A stretch of 63,335 bases of DNA, filler included, from Phoronis australis (taxonomy: Eukaryota > Animalia > Phoronida): assembly GCA_002633005.1 (NCBI GenBank). It is 10 parts of 10 records of this genome, joined end to end, with 100 filler letters (N's around TTAATTAATTAA, not from the genome) between each part and the next. Parts side by side here need not be neighbours in the genome. Positions count along the whole stretch, not along the records: positions 6,257 to 32,670 come from NMRA01001285.1; positions 32,771 to 36,022 come from NMRA01000131.1; positions 36,123 to 39,601 come from NMRA01002995.1; 7 more parts are not named here. One strand, given 5' to 3'. A program made the translations under genes and the position numbers. The notes beneath the pieces were generated by a model that was not told where the DNA came from, made no database searches, and saw nothing but the letters and a program-made list of their open reading frames with translations. This document shows, piece by piece, positions 24,947-37,586 of this stretch; position 1 is the first letter of the stretch; the number at the start of each line of letters is the position of its first letter.

Positions 24947-27238
24947 GCTTGGTGCAAAGCTGTATACAAACTATAAAGCTTCGCACCGATGTGGTTCTTA
25001 GCCGGTTGTCCACGTCAGCCCGAAACCACAGTCGCCATTTTTTGGACCTCAGTCATTCGGTTCCTGCTCGCGTTTGCTAATTTAGTCTTGACATAGAACC
25101 CATTCATATGTAGGCCTACGCTGATGGCAACATTTTGATACTGTATCGTTGAATTTTACCGTGATGTATCAAATTAGTAAGTGGCATTTGGCGCGTGAGT
25201 TAAAAACACCACACGTGCAGGCATTCAGAGTTCACCAATGAACCGGACGAGACGTTTACGTAGAAATCGACAAAACAGTCCGGAGTAAATTTCGGGGATT
25301 GTATTATCGATGATATAAAACTATACTGTAAAGTGTAGGCCACCTAATAGGGGAGCAAACTTTCCTCGTCTTTAGGAAACTGTACATACCGGTGCACACG
25401 CACTGCGATCAGGCAACCCCCTCCCCACAGGTGCTGTTGACACTTGTAATGACTCGTCCACATGGGATTACAATTTTCCAGTTACCAGGAATTGTAGTAG
25501 GAAGTAGGTTAAAATTGGCGGCAATGAAGTGCAGCGTTACGGCGGGTTAAGGTGAAGAAGATTTAAGAAGCAATCCCTATTAAAACCAATAGATTTTCAA
25601 TGTCAGTCTATACGTCGAAATTCAAAAGCAATTTTGTTTTTTTTTTTGTACATGGATAGTTATATTAACACAAAACTAAATGCCAAAGTTTGTGCACTCA
25701 ATGACTCCTATTTTCGGCGCTGTTTCATGTGACTACAAATTGGCAAAATTGGGAAATATTAACCGTTTCCAAACTTCTATCTTTTCAGCAACGATAGTAA
25801 GGTTTGAATAAAAGACGTAAAGTGTGCATGATTCTTTAGTTTTAGGAACTTTGCATTCATGTCTTTTTGAACCCGAAGGTGTGAACATTGCGCGAGTCCA
25901 ATACGGACGGTTGTCCAGTGTGTGTCCAGTATTGGTATAGGCAAAAATAGGCCTTTTAATTTGGTGCAACATACTTGGAAACGTTACAGTATATATCAGC
26001 TTTATCTGTTCGTACAAAGCAATAATATTCAAATTCATGGAAAATTTGATAATAGAAACTCGTTTTTTCAAAATAAGTCGCCTTGAAATACTGCAACCCG
26101 CTTTCGCCGCCACTTCGACTCGGTAAAACTCAAGAAATAGCAACACAACATTGTCTTCAATGAATTAAAACTACGAAATAAAGTCTGGATTGCATGAATT
26201 TTTACCCAATTATAAGCATTTGTAATCAATTGAACGTTGTAAACTCAGAATAGTCAGGTCCCTTAGCAGCCAAAAACCCCAAAACATTTACACCCCGGAT
26301 GAAAGCACCAAAGTTGGTACACAGATGGTTTGGGAAACGCTGAATCTCATGGGGGTCGGTAACATCAGCAACACTGACTGCATAACATTGGATTCTTTGA
26401 TAAGTGAACCCTAAATAGACCTCCAACCCCATTATTTCTTTTTTGTATTAAAAAGTTAATTTTATTTGTTGATTAAGTCATAGAAACTACATACTTTGAT
26501 CATTGTCATGTATTTGTCTCATACTGCTTGATAAAGGCTCTCAGAATAATCTATTATGTTCATATAGTCTGTGTGCACATTCACAGAGATCATTCAACTA
26601 TATTGTTTTTGTACTATAACGTATTTCTGGTGTATTATTCAAACAAGCTGTATTTTACACCATTAGTCAATATTTTAGCCATTGAGGCACAAATTTTTCT
26701 CAGTCTCAAGTGTTTTGGTGTCATTTTTGTTGCCAGACAATGCCAGAATAACTTCCTAGTAACATTCAGACTTAGTTTGCTTTTTTGCCACTCAGTGTCT
26801 CTTTACATTTTTTAAATGATGATAGCTTCGCAGCAGTAAAGTTTGTTTCGGGTTGCTGGTCTGAAAATTGCTAATATCTTGTAACGAAATGAAACCATTT
26901 CCGACAATTCGTTGAGACAGTAAACAACCTTGTGGTAGGAAAGAACAGTTGATAGAAGAATAAACCGTGGGGAAAGAAACTATTCAGGTCAGATTACGTA
27001 ATTGCAAATTGCCGACTCACAAGAGCGCACTTCAATTTTAGCAGTAGATGAGCGGTAGGACAATTCTTCCAACATCGGTAAATAATACACATGTAGGGTT
27101 TACTCAAAGAGCGGTGCAGCTTTTAATGACATTATATCTGAGTCAGTGAGATTTTATTTAGTCGTTTTTACTCGCATGTACGCGAAGCTGTAGGTTATGT
27201 ATACATCTTTGCACCAAGCCTAAAAGAGATCTTGCCGA

Positions 27239-27379
27239 TCAGCAAAATATGTCACCATTCCTTGTTATGGATACGAATCTATTCCATGCGCGGCACACGA
27301 CGTGATCGGTGGGGAAGTTGTGCGTTTGTATCCCTATGCTGCTGAAGTTGCTACTCCCGCACACCACACAAAGAGGCAT
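27239..27379 (-). pseudogene. THAP zinc-finger N-terminal remnant (right arm)
   Basis: Translated by hand: MPLCVVCGSSNFSSIGIQTHNFPTDHVVCRAWNRFVSITRNGDIFC*. It retains HxFP and W. Confidence 0.65.
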
Positions 27380-30300
27380 TTTAGCCCAGATATAGACAAG
27401 TACACAAAGTCGAAGAAATTGCAGCTGTTACTTAGTGTTTCTTTTCAGGTGTCAAAAAGGTGTTTTTGCTACTGGATGCGCTTTTTAAGACGATGTTTCA
27501 TGGTCTTTTACTGTACCTTCCTTCACAGTCCGCATGTGCGCACCCAGTCTAAAATAAGGGGGGGGGGGGCTCGAATTTTTCAGTGTACACCGATTCAAAG
27601 ATTTATTATAGTATAGCCAGGTTACTAAGAATAGAACAAGGTCGGAGGAAATGATACTCCAAGAATGCTACATCCCACAATCTTATATTAAGACGACAAA
27701 CAAATGTTCTGTAGCTTGGCAAGCTACTAAAACCCGCAACTGTCTTACTTGAGGAAAATCTTCATTGTTGTATTCTCTCCTTTTTATGATCTTTTGATAC
27801 GTACAGTGATGCCTGGGTATGTTTTATTTATTTTGTGACGGGGTGTTGTCAAAATAAATGTACTGGTAACATAATTGTGTGCCAGTTAATGTCAGATTCA
27901 ACTGAATTGAGGGATTGACTAACAGTTGGTTGAAATCTGACTTTTGCGTAAGTGGAGAACATGTGTGGTAACAGTACGGTACAGTAACTGTGTACCTGCT
28001 AGACATTTCCCTTTAACTGTCGCAGTGTTAATTTACTGCGTGATGGTGATACCTTGAAATAAATATATTTTGAAATGTATTAAAATTTCATTGTTTGAAA
28101 TAGTTACAGTATCTCAATGTGTTGTTTCTGTGTGAACAATTTTCTTGTCCTTTTCATTCCGCAAGGCCAATAATATGGAAGTGTGCTTGTTGTTGACCGC
28201 AAAAAATGCGATTCCCCACATCCTGATCGCATAAAGGGGGTAAAATGAGAGGTGTAAAAATTAATAATGGTAAAAAGAAATCATTCCAACCCCTGTTTAA
28301 AACTCTAGTTTCACGGCGTGTCAAGTTGTTTTACAGCAGAGTCTGTAACACAACATTTTGAAACTCCTACTTGACTAATCCCTCATTTCGTGCAATCCAA
28401 AAACAAAACAAAACAAAACAAAACAAAACCGACCTTCGCAAGTGTTTACTTTCTGTATAAAATACTCCTCCACTCTCTATTAACGCACATGTCATCAAAT
28501 ACGCTGTCTGGTCGCTAGGTGTCCCGAGAGTAAAAAAGTTATTTTGTGACTGCGTCGGTTTGCGATCGAACCGACTGTAGACGTCAAGTCGACATTGACC
28601 TACCTTTTGAACTTTCCATGTCAGTGGTCGCTGTTGGGGTAGTGCAGGAGGTGAATACGAAAAACATCATTGCATAGCCGTGTTTCCCTCGACAGATTCA
28701 ACGCGCGTGGGATAAAATAAATGACACGACTTTACATGCACGTATAATGCTCATCGACTTCCATGGGTTTCTATTATTTTTTATCAAGATTTTCACGCAA
28801 ACGCATGCCTCAAATCTATTTTGTTACAATTAATCAAGTGCGCATGAGTGCACCAAGCCTATAAATTGGGGGCTCAAATTTTTGAGAATATGTATCTTTT
28901 ATTATAAAATCCATTGGGTTTGTTCAGGGCTATGAATTGCAGATGCTTTTTTTGGTACTTCCTGCCTTCTAGTGGACTCTTGTCTCGTTTTCTACTTTTT
29001 CGGAGTTCTTACTTCTCTGACTGAGGCAGACATTTTTCCATTTCTCCAAATAGGGGCACGTTCGTGCACATAAGCATGACAAGTCCGATACAAAATGTTA
29101 TCATTTGTTATGTATTAAACAGTAAATACCAAGGAAGTGAGCTCACATTGTACAAGTGAACCACACCCATAACTGTAATTTGAGTGGAGGTGGCAACCTC
29201 AATGATAGAAATGCAATAACCCATGAAATAAAAACTTCCAGTGAACTTTTTTTTTAAATTTATGCGTAAATCTATTGAAATAATTGCAAGCCCAAGGCAT
29301 CAAGAAATAATGCCTGAAGATGCTACTATGGCACACTAATTCTGTCATGCTTTGGTCATTCAATCATTGAAATGAAAGAACAAATTAGAGGACGATTACA
29401 ATTTAATCATTTGTAGGTACTCCACAGTTCAAATAAAATTCGAGTGTTTTCCTGCGGAACTCTATATTTGGTTTCAGTCCCTTCACAGGGTCTCCATAAA
29501 CATTAATTTATATTAATTGTATGTTTGTCTTAACATGATTGAAGTGTATTACAACTTAAAGACTTTCAAGGTAGTTGACATTAAGATCAGTATACTGTAC
29601 ACCAGTCAAAACTAAAATAATAATTTTTAGGTAAATTCAGTATTGGAACATGATGTAAGCCTAAATGATTCAACCTTTTACCATAATAAGTAACTTAAAT
29701 ACACAGTAATTTTTAACATTTAGACATTACAAAACTACGCAAGTTTTCATGATATGAAAGTGGACATACCTGTTTCTATTACCATGGTGACCGAATAGTA
29801 TTTCCTTTAACCAAAATTTAACAAGCATGATTTAAAAAACATAAAATTGCAAGGAACAAGAATTGGAGGCTTGAAGCTTCACAATTCAACATAGCCTATA
29901 CACGTATCTCTAATTAAGCTTCTTCATATTGTTGACTTTATAACCTGAATTAAACAAGCCAAGAGTCACAAAACATAACTTCATAGCAATTTAGAGTTAA
30001 AACTTAGGAAAAATGTGAATCATTTTGTGACACCTAATCAAGCCTTAAACAGCAGTTGATAGTCAACAAAAAACATTTCAAAATTATTTCAACAAGACAA
30101 TTCTTTAGCTTAGTGCAAGATCGCCTGAATGGGAATTTCACAGTAAAATAATTCGATTATGCCTTATTTTTGCACAAAAACACGAAAACTAAACAAAGTA
30201 CATTCTTGTAGCAACGTTGTTAAAATGTATCAACGTTAAACCTTCACAAATTACAAAGTAGCCAGTTGAACATGCCTTCCAGTTCAGTAAAGCCGCCATG

Positions 30301-31850
30301 TTTTTGGTGCCGCCAGAAATGAGTCCAACGGGCATCGTGATCAAATTTATCACTAATACATGTAAGTATCAACTGCGATGCTGAAATTTAGTGGAAACTG
30401 TTGAAACTTGCAGAAAAATAAAAAAGAATTCTATCTAAATTTCACCGTGAATTGTTGGCGAAAAAAATAAGACAAAGTTTTATTAAACTCTAAATTTATC
30501 CCGCTGTCGTCCAAGATGGACGACCCAATTCAAACCAAGTGACCCACTTTTCGCAACAAAATTGCAATAACTTTGCACTGCTTGTCTCAATTTTTATACT
30601 TTTTTCATTCATACTTTCCGATGACGACAAATCACTTTTTCAAAACGAAGAAAATGAAAACAAAAAAAATTGGTTCGACTCTTACAGGCTCATAGGTTCG
30701 ACCATACTTCAAAGAAGGAACTAAACACCAATGCTATTTTACCATAATAAAGAAAATTACGCGTAACATTCCAAAAAATAATGACTTCTAACTACGAATT
30801 ATAAATACACCATATATACTAACGATTCAAGAGAATTTACTAATAAAACAAAATAATGAAGACTTTTCGAGCAAGTGAGGACAAAATGCCGGCGTTCAGT
30901 AGAAGTTCCTGAACTGACAAGCCGGAAATTTTGGTAAGAAAATAACCGGCGACAGCTAGTACTTATCTGCTCACAGACACAAACACAATTAAAAAACACT
31001 CTTGTGGCGAAAAAGGCGAAAAGGATATAACGAAATGGTATCGAAAAATAATATTTTATTTATTTATTTAGTATTTTCGGATACTGGAGCCATATTGGCA
31101 TTTTGAGACAAGGACTTTAAATTGTCAAGTCGAAGGTCTCTCAAATGTAAATAGGTTTGTTTTCTGGATGTATTACATGATGAACCCGGTGAGTCAGTTG
31201 GCATTATGCTTGGGAATACGTAGGAAAAATTTAAAAGTCATGTAAAATTTTGTTTTCTTCCATTATCATTCGACAATTTCAGGTGAACTAAATGAAAATA
31301 AACCCCTTTGAGGTTTCAATTTGTAAGAATTGTTATTTGTAAAAACTGGTTTTGTGGCTATCCTGTTCGTAAAGACAAAACGAAGGCAATTTCTGCTCCT
31401 TTAGAGAATTTTCGTTAAAAACTGCGGTTGTGGAGCGATCTTTAGCGACGGCTTTCGGCGCCATGATATATTGCGTCACCTATTGGCCATTTTTTTCACC
31501 GATTCTTAAATCAACTGTTCTTCTTTCACAAGGTTGCGTAAACGTCACAACAAATTATCTGAAAACTGGTTTCCATTCATTATTAGTTTCTAGAATTGTG
31601 ATACCGAAAAACCGGAGACAGTATGCTTGGGACACGCACACGCGCCATTTCCTAATTTTTTGGGACATCTCTCAGGAGATGATGAGAGCTTGGCAAAATT
31701 TCTTCTGAAACTTCGGTATCATAGAACGCCATTTTACCAACATTTACACAACAGTTATAAATCGAAGTGTGACACGTAGGCCTAATCAAATCTTGAAGTG
31801 CAGTTGATTTCCGAACAAAAATTCGATATTGAACCATTTCAACTAATTTT

Positions 31851-32670
31851 ACACATAGTGTACCTAATTATCGGACGGAACCTAAATATCGGACATTTCA
31901 TAGAATCTTACTTGAAGCATAATCTGAGAATTAAATGACACCAATTTTTGTTCCGTTGTAATGCATTCAATGTCCGACACCGTCTCGTTTTTTTACAGCG
32001 TTGCCTCGTTTTGATTTCACCGAGAGGGTGCAATTTAGACCCCCAAGTCGGCCTAAAATGGACGATCGCATAAATCGGTTATAAAAGTTGAAAATAAAAT
32101 CTTTTTCTACAATGACACTATCTCATTGAACTGACAATATGTCACTGTTCCATTTTTTCGTTTTTTCTAAACTCAAGTCAAACCCCGACCGCGCACGTGC
32201 GGGTGTCATCTCAAGAAGCCTAAGTGATACTATAAACTGCAGTGAGTTTGCACGTGCTTTAGTCGTCTGCACTAATTCATCGAAACGACTTGGCGCCGTC
32301 ATCAGATTTCATTTTATGGATAATTTTGTTGCGAATGGACCTGGGTTCTAGCAGCATATATGTCAAAACACTCGAGCTGAAATTTGGCGACAAGGTGCCC
32401 GCGGCCATTACATGGTTAGTCAGTTTTCCGCGGTGTGGCGTATGGAGATACATGGTGTCCGATATTTAGGTTCTCCGAAGGTTTGGTTCTTGTTTTTTTT
32501 GAAGATCAGTCGGAACATAAATGTGGCTTTCAGTGACAAGATATAGTAACGGAACAATTCCGTGAAGGTAAATCTTTATTTCAGCAAAGAATTTACAACA
32601 ATCCGTAGTATTTTCAATTAAATACAATGCAAAATGTGCCAAAACATCCGATAATTAGGTCACTTGACTG
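31851..32670. mobile_element. Tc1/mariner-pogo-like MITE (right end abuts a gap)
   Basis: agtgtacctaattatcgga...cctaaatatcggaca is inverted as tgtccgatatttagg (32456) and tccgataattaggtcacttgactg (32647-32670). Confidence 0.65.
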
Positions 32671-32877
32671 NNNNNNNNNNNNNNNNNNNNNNNNNNNNNN
32701 NNNNNNNNNNNNNNTTAATTAATTAANNNNNNNNNNNNNNNNNNNNNNNNNNNNNNNNNNNNNNNNNNNNTAACTAGTTAAAACCCCCTTTTTACTCATT
32801 TTACTTAGGAACCTGGAGATTTGATCAGTGTATACACCTACCTTAAGAGGATGCATCATACCATACAGAGGATATAC

Positions 32878-32964
32878 CTGAATCATGTTGGACACATGCT
32901 TGCTGGCAGTTTTCTTCGCATCAGCCTCCATCCTGTCAAGATCTAAGGGTGCAATGTTCGTCAT
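32878..32964 (-). CDS. EXOC3: First coding exon of exocyst complex component 3 (Sec6)
   Basis: MTNIAPLDLDRMEADAKKTASKHVSNMIQ resembles the Sec6 N-terminus (MDLQQLEEQARQAALKDIQNMLQ|RP). Acceptor ttttatttgcag (exon starts 32998) and donor CAG|GTATAT. Downstream exons are lost at the gap. Confidence 0.75.
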
Positions 32965-34199
32965 TGTGTATTTCTTGACGTATCCAGTCAATCATGAACT
33001 GCAAATAAAAAACGTTGATTTTCCTCACAACAGACCATAGAGAACAAGGGCCCTGTTTCCCTAAAATAGAGTAACTTTACGATATTTTTACTGAGTTAAA
33101 GCAGGGATTTATATGCAAAAACTTAAAACCGAGCCTAAGTCTCTGCTTAGATTCTGTGTTACAGAAAACTGTAAAATTACATTTCTATACAAATAAAACT
33201 AACCCTAAATTTGCAGCTCCGATTCCACTCAACACCTTCAATTTCTAGTCTGTGTAATCAGACATACCTACTGGAATATAAATACGAGAATCCCTACTGA
33301 GCACTAGATGTGGCGTTTCCACTTTAAGTTAAGAACATAACGAAATTAGAGATCCCCGTACAAGTATTGCAGTCCATGGTCTAATCTAATAAATGCTAAA
33401 GTTCTTATGGTCAACCCTAATTCAACACTCCCAGTGCCAGTGGTAACTGCACAAATTTTAAAGCGAACAAGCACATGCGAGTTTAAAATAAATAACGCAT
33501 GAACTTCATGATTTCATATTTGTGCACAACATGTGACACACAAGCACGCATCAGGGCATGTGGTTGGACAGACCTGCACTGCGACTATGCATACAAAAAT
33601 GAAAAAAATGACGACTAACAGTTCTGCGGTTTTTATTTTCCCTAAAAAGTTAATTTGGTTACGGTGTACTTCGATTGTAAAAAACGTCCTTGAAAGGTCC
33701 CTGGACGTTCGTTGTAACGAAGTTCATTGGTACATATATGCCGATAGATGCTACACAACTCACAAGCAGCAGCATGCACTTTCCTGAAAGACATACTGAT
33801 GATTGAAGTTGCAGTTATTGGCCTGTCTACTGTAATTGCATATTTGCATCAGCTGCAAAACCCACACGTGAGGTTATTTTATGCAAGATAGATAGCTGGG
33901 ATCCTGACATGGCAAAACTCCACTTCTAACAACAAAAAGGCCAAAAGCCTACACTCCAGTCAAAGCCTCAGGGCTCAAGTCAAGACAGTTTGGCAGCCAA
34001 AGCCAAGTCAAGAGAGAGCAAACCGTGTGACCAACGACAGCAAGTGATATTGATAAGCAGGTAATTAATGTGTCGTTGTAAGTACTAACCCTTCTAGCAT
34101 GTATGCACGGAACGCACGGAGTCCATTTGTCCAACAAGAAGAGAAAAATACAACTTGAACCACAGGCACTTTCACAGGAGCTTTGACACTTCCCAGTCT

Positions 34200-34246
34200 T
34201 GCTACACTTCCGGTACTTTTGCAAATGTGGTCACGTGACAAACAAA
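34200..34246. promoter_or_regulatory. Bidirectional promoter between EXOC3 and a plus-strand gene
   Basis: ETS-type ACTTCCGG (~34206) and palindromic GTCACGTGAC (34230-34239; USF/TFE CLEAR-type E-box). A minus-strand donor GTTAGT lies at ~34089 and a plus-strand ATG at 34247. Confidence 0.6.
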
Positions 34247-34365
34247 ATGTCGGCGCCCATGCAGGACAAAATTTCCAAAATAGCTTCTCGGGCTGTTCCA
34301 GCCATAGGACTAGCTAGTTATGGACTATTCTCCGTTAACATCATGGATCCTGAACTTTTCAGAAG
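34247..34365 (+). CDS. First coding exon of an unidentified probable membrane protein (MSAPMQDKISKIASRAVPAIGLASYGLFSVNIMDPELFR-)
   Basis: caaaATG context, open frame, hydrophobic stretch and strong donor AG|GTAATC. It resembles uncharacterised invertebrate membrane proteins, but I cannot name the family. Confidence 0.65.
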
Positions 34366-34640
34366 GTAATCGTTTTTTAGGTTATTTATCGACATCAGCC
34401 GACATGATCAATCGAAGTTCTTTCTCGTCGAGTGGACACGAAACTTAGTACAAAGCCATTCCGTTAACTCGTAACACAGCACCTATCAGCCGCTCGACGT
34501 TATAACATGTTATTTGGGATCACAATTTCAATGAAAGGACTATCATTCAATGAGATATTAGTAACATGACTTGGTAACTATCCTAATTAGTGCTGTCATA
34601 ATAGCCGAGATTGCCCGACCTCGGGAATAGTCAATCGAAC

Positions 34641-34702
34641 CACAGGCACCTTTAAGTAGCCCTCTACAATATATTGTAGAGGGCTACTTAAAGGTGCCTG
34701 TG
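34641..34702. mobile_element. 62-bp perfect palindrome with 7-bp TSD (minimal P-element-like MITE)
   Basis: CACAGGCACCTTTAAGTAGCCCTCTACAATA plus its exact reverse complement, with ATCGAAC on both sides (34634-34640, 34703-34709). Confidence 0.85.
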
Positions 34703-34760
34703 ATCGAACCAGCGACCCCGATTTAACCGGCGAACGTGCTAACCATTCAGCTAATAGGCA
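34703..34760 (-). repeat. tRNA-derived (SINE-head-like) sequence interrupted at its B box
   Basis: Reverse complement TAGCTGAATGGTTAGCACGTTCGCC...GGGGTCGCTGGTTCGAT gives A and B boxes. No intact cloverleaf. Confidence 0.6.
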
Positions 34761-37044
34761 ATTGCCCATTAGCGAGTGGCTAATAGAGGCTCAGATATGA
34801 TTCACCGGAAGCACTTTCACAACAGTACAGAAGCCTATGAAGGATAGTTTTAATGCATGTACTGTTTTTGCTTAATGTGAAGCAATTAATATGCATTGGA
34901 CAAATAAAATTGTTACTGGTGACATACAGCTACATACATCAAAACTGATGTGTTTATTTCATCAAAGTTTGAGAAAATACACTCTTCTCCCCTTTCTGAA
35001 GGTGCGCCCGGGTTGTATATGTTAATGCGGTTTCATTTGATGTTTTTGAAAGGTCCTTTTCCAACTATCTGTAGGGAGGACAGCATTTTTCAAAAATTTT
35101 AGAAAATGTGCATGTAATATACATCATTAGAAAGCTCTTTTCGAGACTAAAATAACGATAGTAAAATTTTTTAAATTGGATTTATGGTTCCGGAGAAAAT
35201 GTCATTTTCGTGTCGAAATTTTTGGTAAAAATTCTGTCAAATCGAATCTGCGAGTTCAAAATATTATTATTTCAAAACTAAGAAACGTAAATAGACATGT
35301 AATACATCATTTTAAAGAACTTTTTATGATGAATAATTTCCAAAAAAAACATTTCGATTAGACGTTCCTGTGCGAAGATATTGACCTTAAAGTCAACACA
35401 GCCGACAAAGAGAAGTCACTACGTACAATTTTGCGATTTCGAATTTTCATAAAATAACAATTACTCCAGGAAAAAAAACAAATAAGGTATCATTTTAAAG
35501 ATTTTTTATCAGGAAAGTTGAAACTTGATAATTGGTTGAGCAAATTATTAATATTATTTGTGATATTGTTTTTAACAATCATGCTGTTTGCAACCGGCTT
35601 AACTTTGTCACTCAATTACATTAAGTAAAAATCAAAGATAAACAAACATCATTTCAAAAATGTATTGATGACAAGTATGATATATAGAACATTTTAATAC
35701 AAGCTTCTGAAAGACATATAATAAATAAAACTTTTACATAAACTTTCCACAACAATGTAATAAAATGAAGACCCTGTCATGAGCCATCCAGGAATGTTCA
35801 TGCTATAAAACCAACAACTGGAATATTCATAATCCTAAAATTGTCTCAAGTGATATGAACACAAAAAAGAATTTATGATGGACAGATAAATAAAGTTCTC
35901 AAGGCATCCTCAAGGAAGGAGGGGCCAAACCCTTTCTGTGACAATTGGCAGTGGAGTACCTTCCAGTAAACAGACGCTCAGTGGAGTTCCTTACACAGAC
36001 CTGTGGTATCCTCAAGGAAGGGNNNNNNNNNNNNNNNNNNNNNNNNNNNNNNNNNNNNNNNNNNNNTTAATTAATTAANNNNNNNNNNNNNNNNNNNNNN
36101 NNNNNNNNNNNNNNNNNNNNNNATTGAGTACACCCGACGCATTTTAGTAGGATAATTGGCTTGTCGGCTGACCTCGCCTAGCGCAGGATAAGGGTTAAAT
36201 TTGGACTTTGACATTTTTCAATGAATTCTTCTTGTATTTAAATTCTTTGAGTTATAAGTCAAAGCTGCGATGTCGACAGAAATTAACGATGTGTTGTCAG
36301 TTTGTGTAGCTTTGTATTTTATATTTAGCGCATAATAAACTCAGTATATTTATCTACTTCTCTCTTGTTTCTCTCTCTATGAGTTGTCACCATGGTTCTC
36401 TCGTATGCGATTCGAACGAGTAAAAAAGCACACAATGCTGCATCAGCTACGAACAGTCGACATTTTAGAAAATAAGTAGATCGGTGCTGGTCGCTCCACC
36501 GATTCCCGTTACATAAGTATATTTTCAGTAAAAGTTGTTGCCAGCTACCAGCTAGTATTGGCGTACTGCACTATGACTTTGGTTGTTGCCTGATATGACA
36601 ATAATTCAATGCTGTATGAGCATTATCTTGCCTCCAAAAGAGTTGCCACTGAAGTGATTTTCTTGGCTTCCTAGAGTCCAATGGACTATGGCCTACAGGG
36701 TGATGTTTTTAAACCACAAAGTACTGTGGTTAATATTTCAACATTCGCAACGGAACAGGGGTGAAATGCAGCTTTAAAAGTGTCTAAATGTCTGTGTTTA
36801 GAATACTAGTACTTCACTCCTGGAACACCTAAATACTTTAAGATCAGTAGGTAACCTAAAGTTTTTGGTCTTCATAATACACTGAAAATCAGATTATTAC
36901 TCCTTCAGGGATTTTAATGTTGCTGTGGTAAGAAAAAGCTTTCCCTGGCAGAATGAAATACTACTCACTTTGAAAACTACTGATTGCCTGTACAGTCACT
37001 CATTACTCTAGCGTGTAATGATGTTGTTGCTTATTTCAGATTCT

Positions 37045-37209
37045 ATGGAAGAGCTGACTTTGGCTCAAAGAGCTCTGAGGTTTTCACGGCGCAACTTTCT
37101 GTCTTTCATTTTTCCGGTTGTTGTCTCGTGGGCAATCTATAGCGACCTGAGCAGGACACGGCGTTACAAGGAATCTTTGAAAGAAGCCATTGTTCTCGAG
37201 AAATATTAA
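37045..37209 (+). CDS. 54-aa microprotein ORF on the exon upstream of NDUFB1 (MEELTLAQRALRFSRRNFLSFIFPVVVSWAIYSDLSRTRRYKESLKEAIVLEKY)
   Basis: Complete ORF inside exon 37040-37222 (ttatttcag acceptor; AG|GTAATG donor 13 nt after the stop). Basic N-terminus, one hydrophobic segment and a charged tail. Confidence 0.65.
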   Translation: MEELTLAQRALRFSRRNFLSFIFPVVVSWAIYSDLSRTRRYKESLKEAIVLEKY

Positions 37210-37586
37210 AGTTAAATAGTAGGTAATGTATAGATTGTTTGATGTGTGATTTTGTAAATCAGTCATTGGAGAACGTTTTTAACCATATTCACTAGTACAA
37301 ACATATACATCAATAACTAAATCAGTCATCTTAGCTGTTGTATTGAAGTTGTTTGGTTTTCATTCTTTAACAATTTCAGACATAAACAATTTTACCAAAA
37401 ATGACCTATTCATTTTTCAAAGGTTTTTAACATTATCGTAAATCCCAGTTTTAAAAAAAATCTGATGGCGGCTGTGGTACAAATATTGAACATGGAGAAG
37501 CATTTAATTTCATGATACCTATGTTTCATAGAAAGAACATAAGATAAAGTTTCACTTGTCGGCCACATCCTGTCCTAAATTGCTGA

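Larger units (their letters stand above)
24498..27484. mobile_element. Non-autonomous Kolobok-like DNA transposon (TTAA flanks, THAP-coding inverted arms)
   Basis: TTAA at 24494-24497 and 27485-27488. Imperfect TIR aaagcgtccag...aaaacatttttttgacacc / ggtgtcaaaaaggtgttttt...ctggatgcgcttt. Inverted homology 24770-24970 versus 27200-27400. Confidence 0.7.

Noticed and set aside
34247-37222. Splicing the 34247 exon onto the 37040 exon as one gene
   Set aside because: It gives a short unremarkable frame ending at a TAG near 37140 and crosses an assembly gap. The 54-aa frame looks more protein-like. Not formally excluded.
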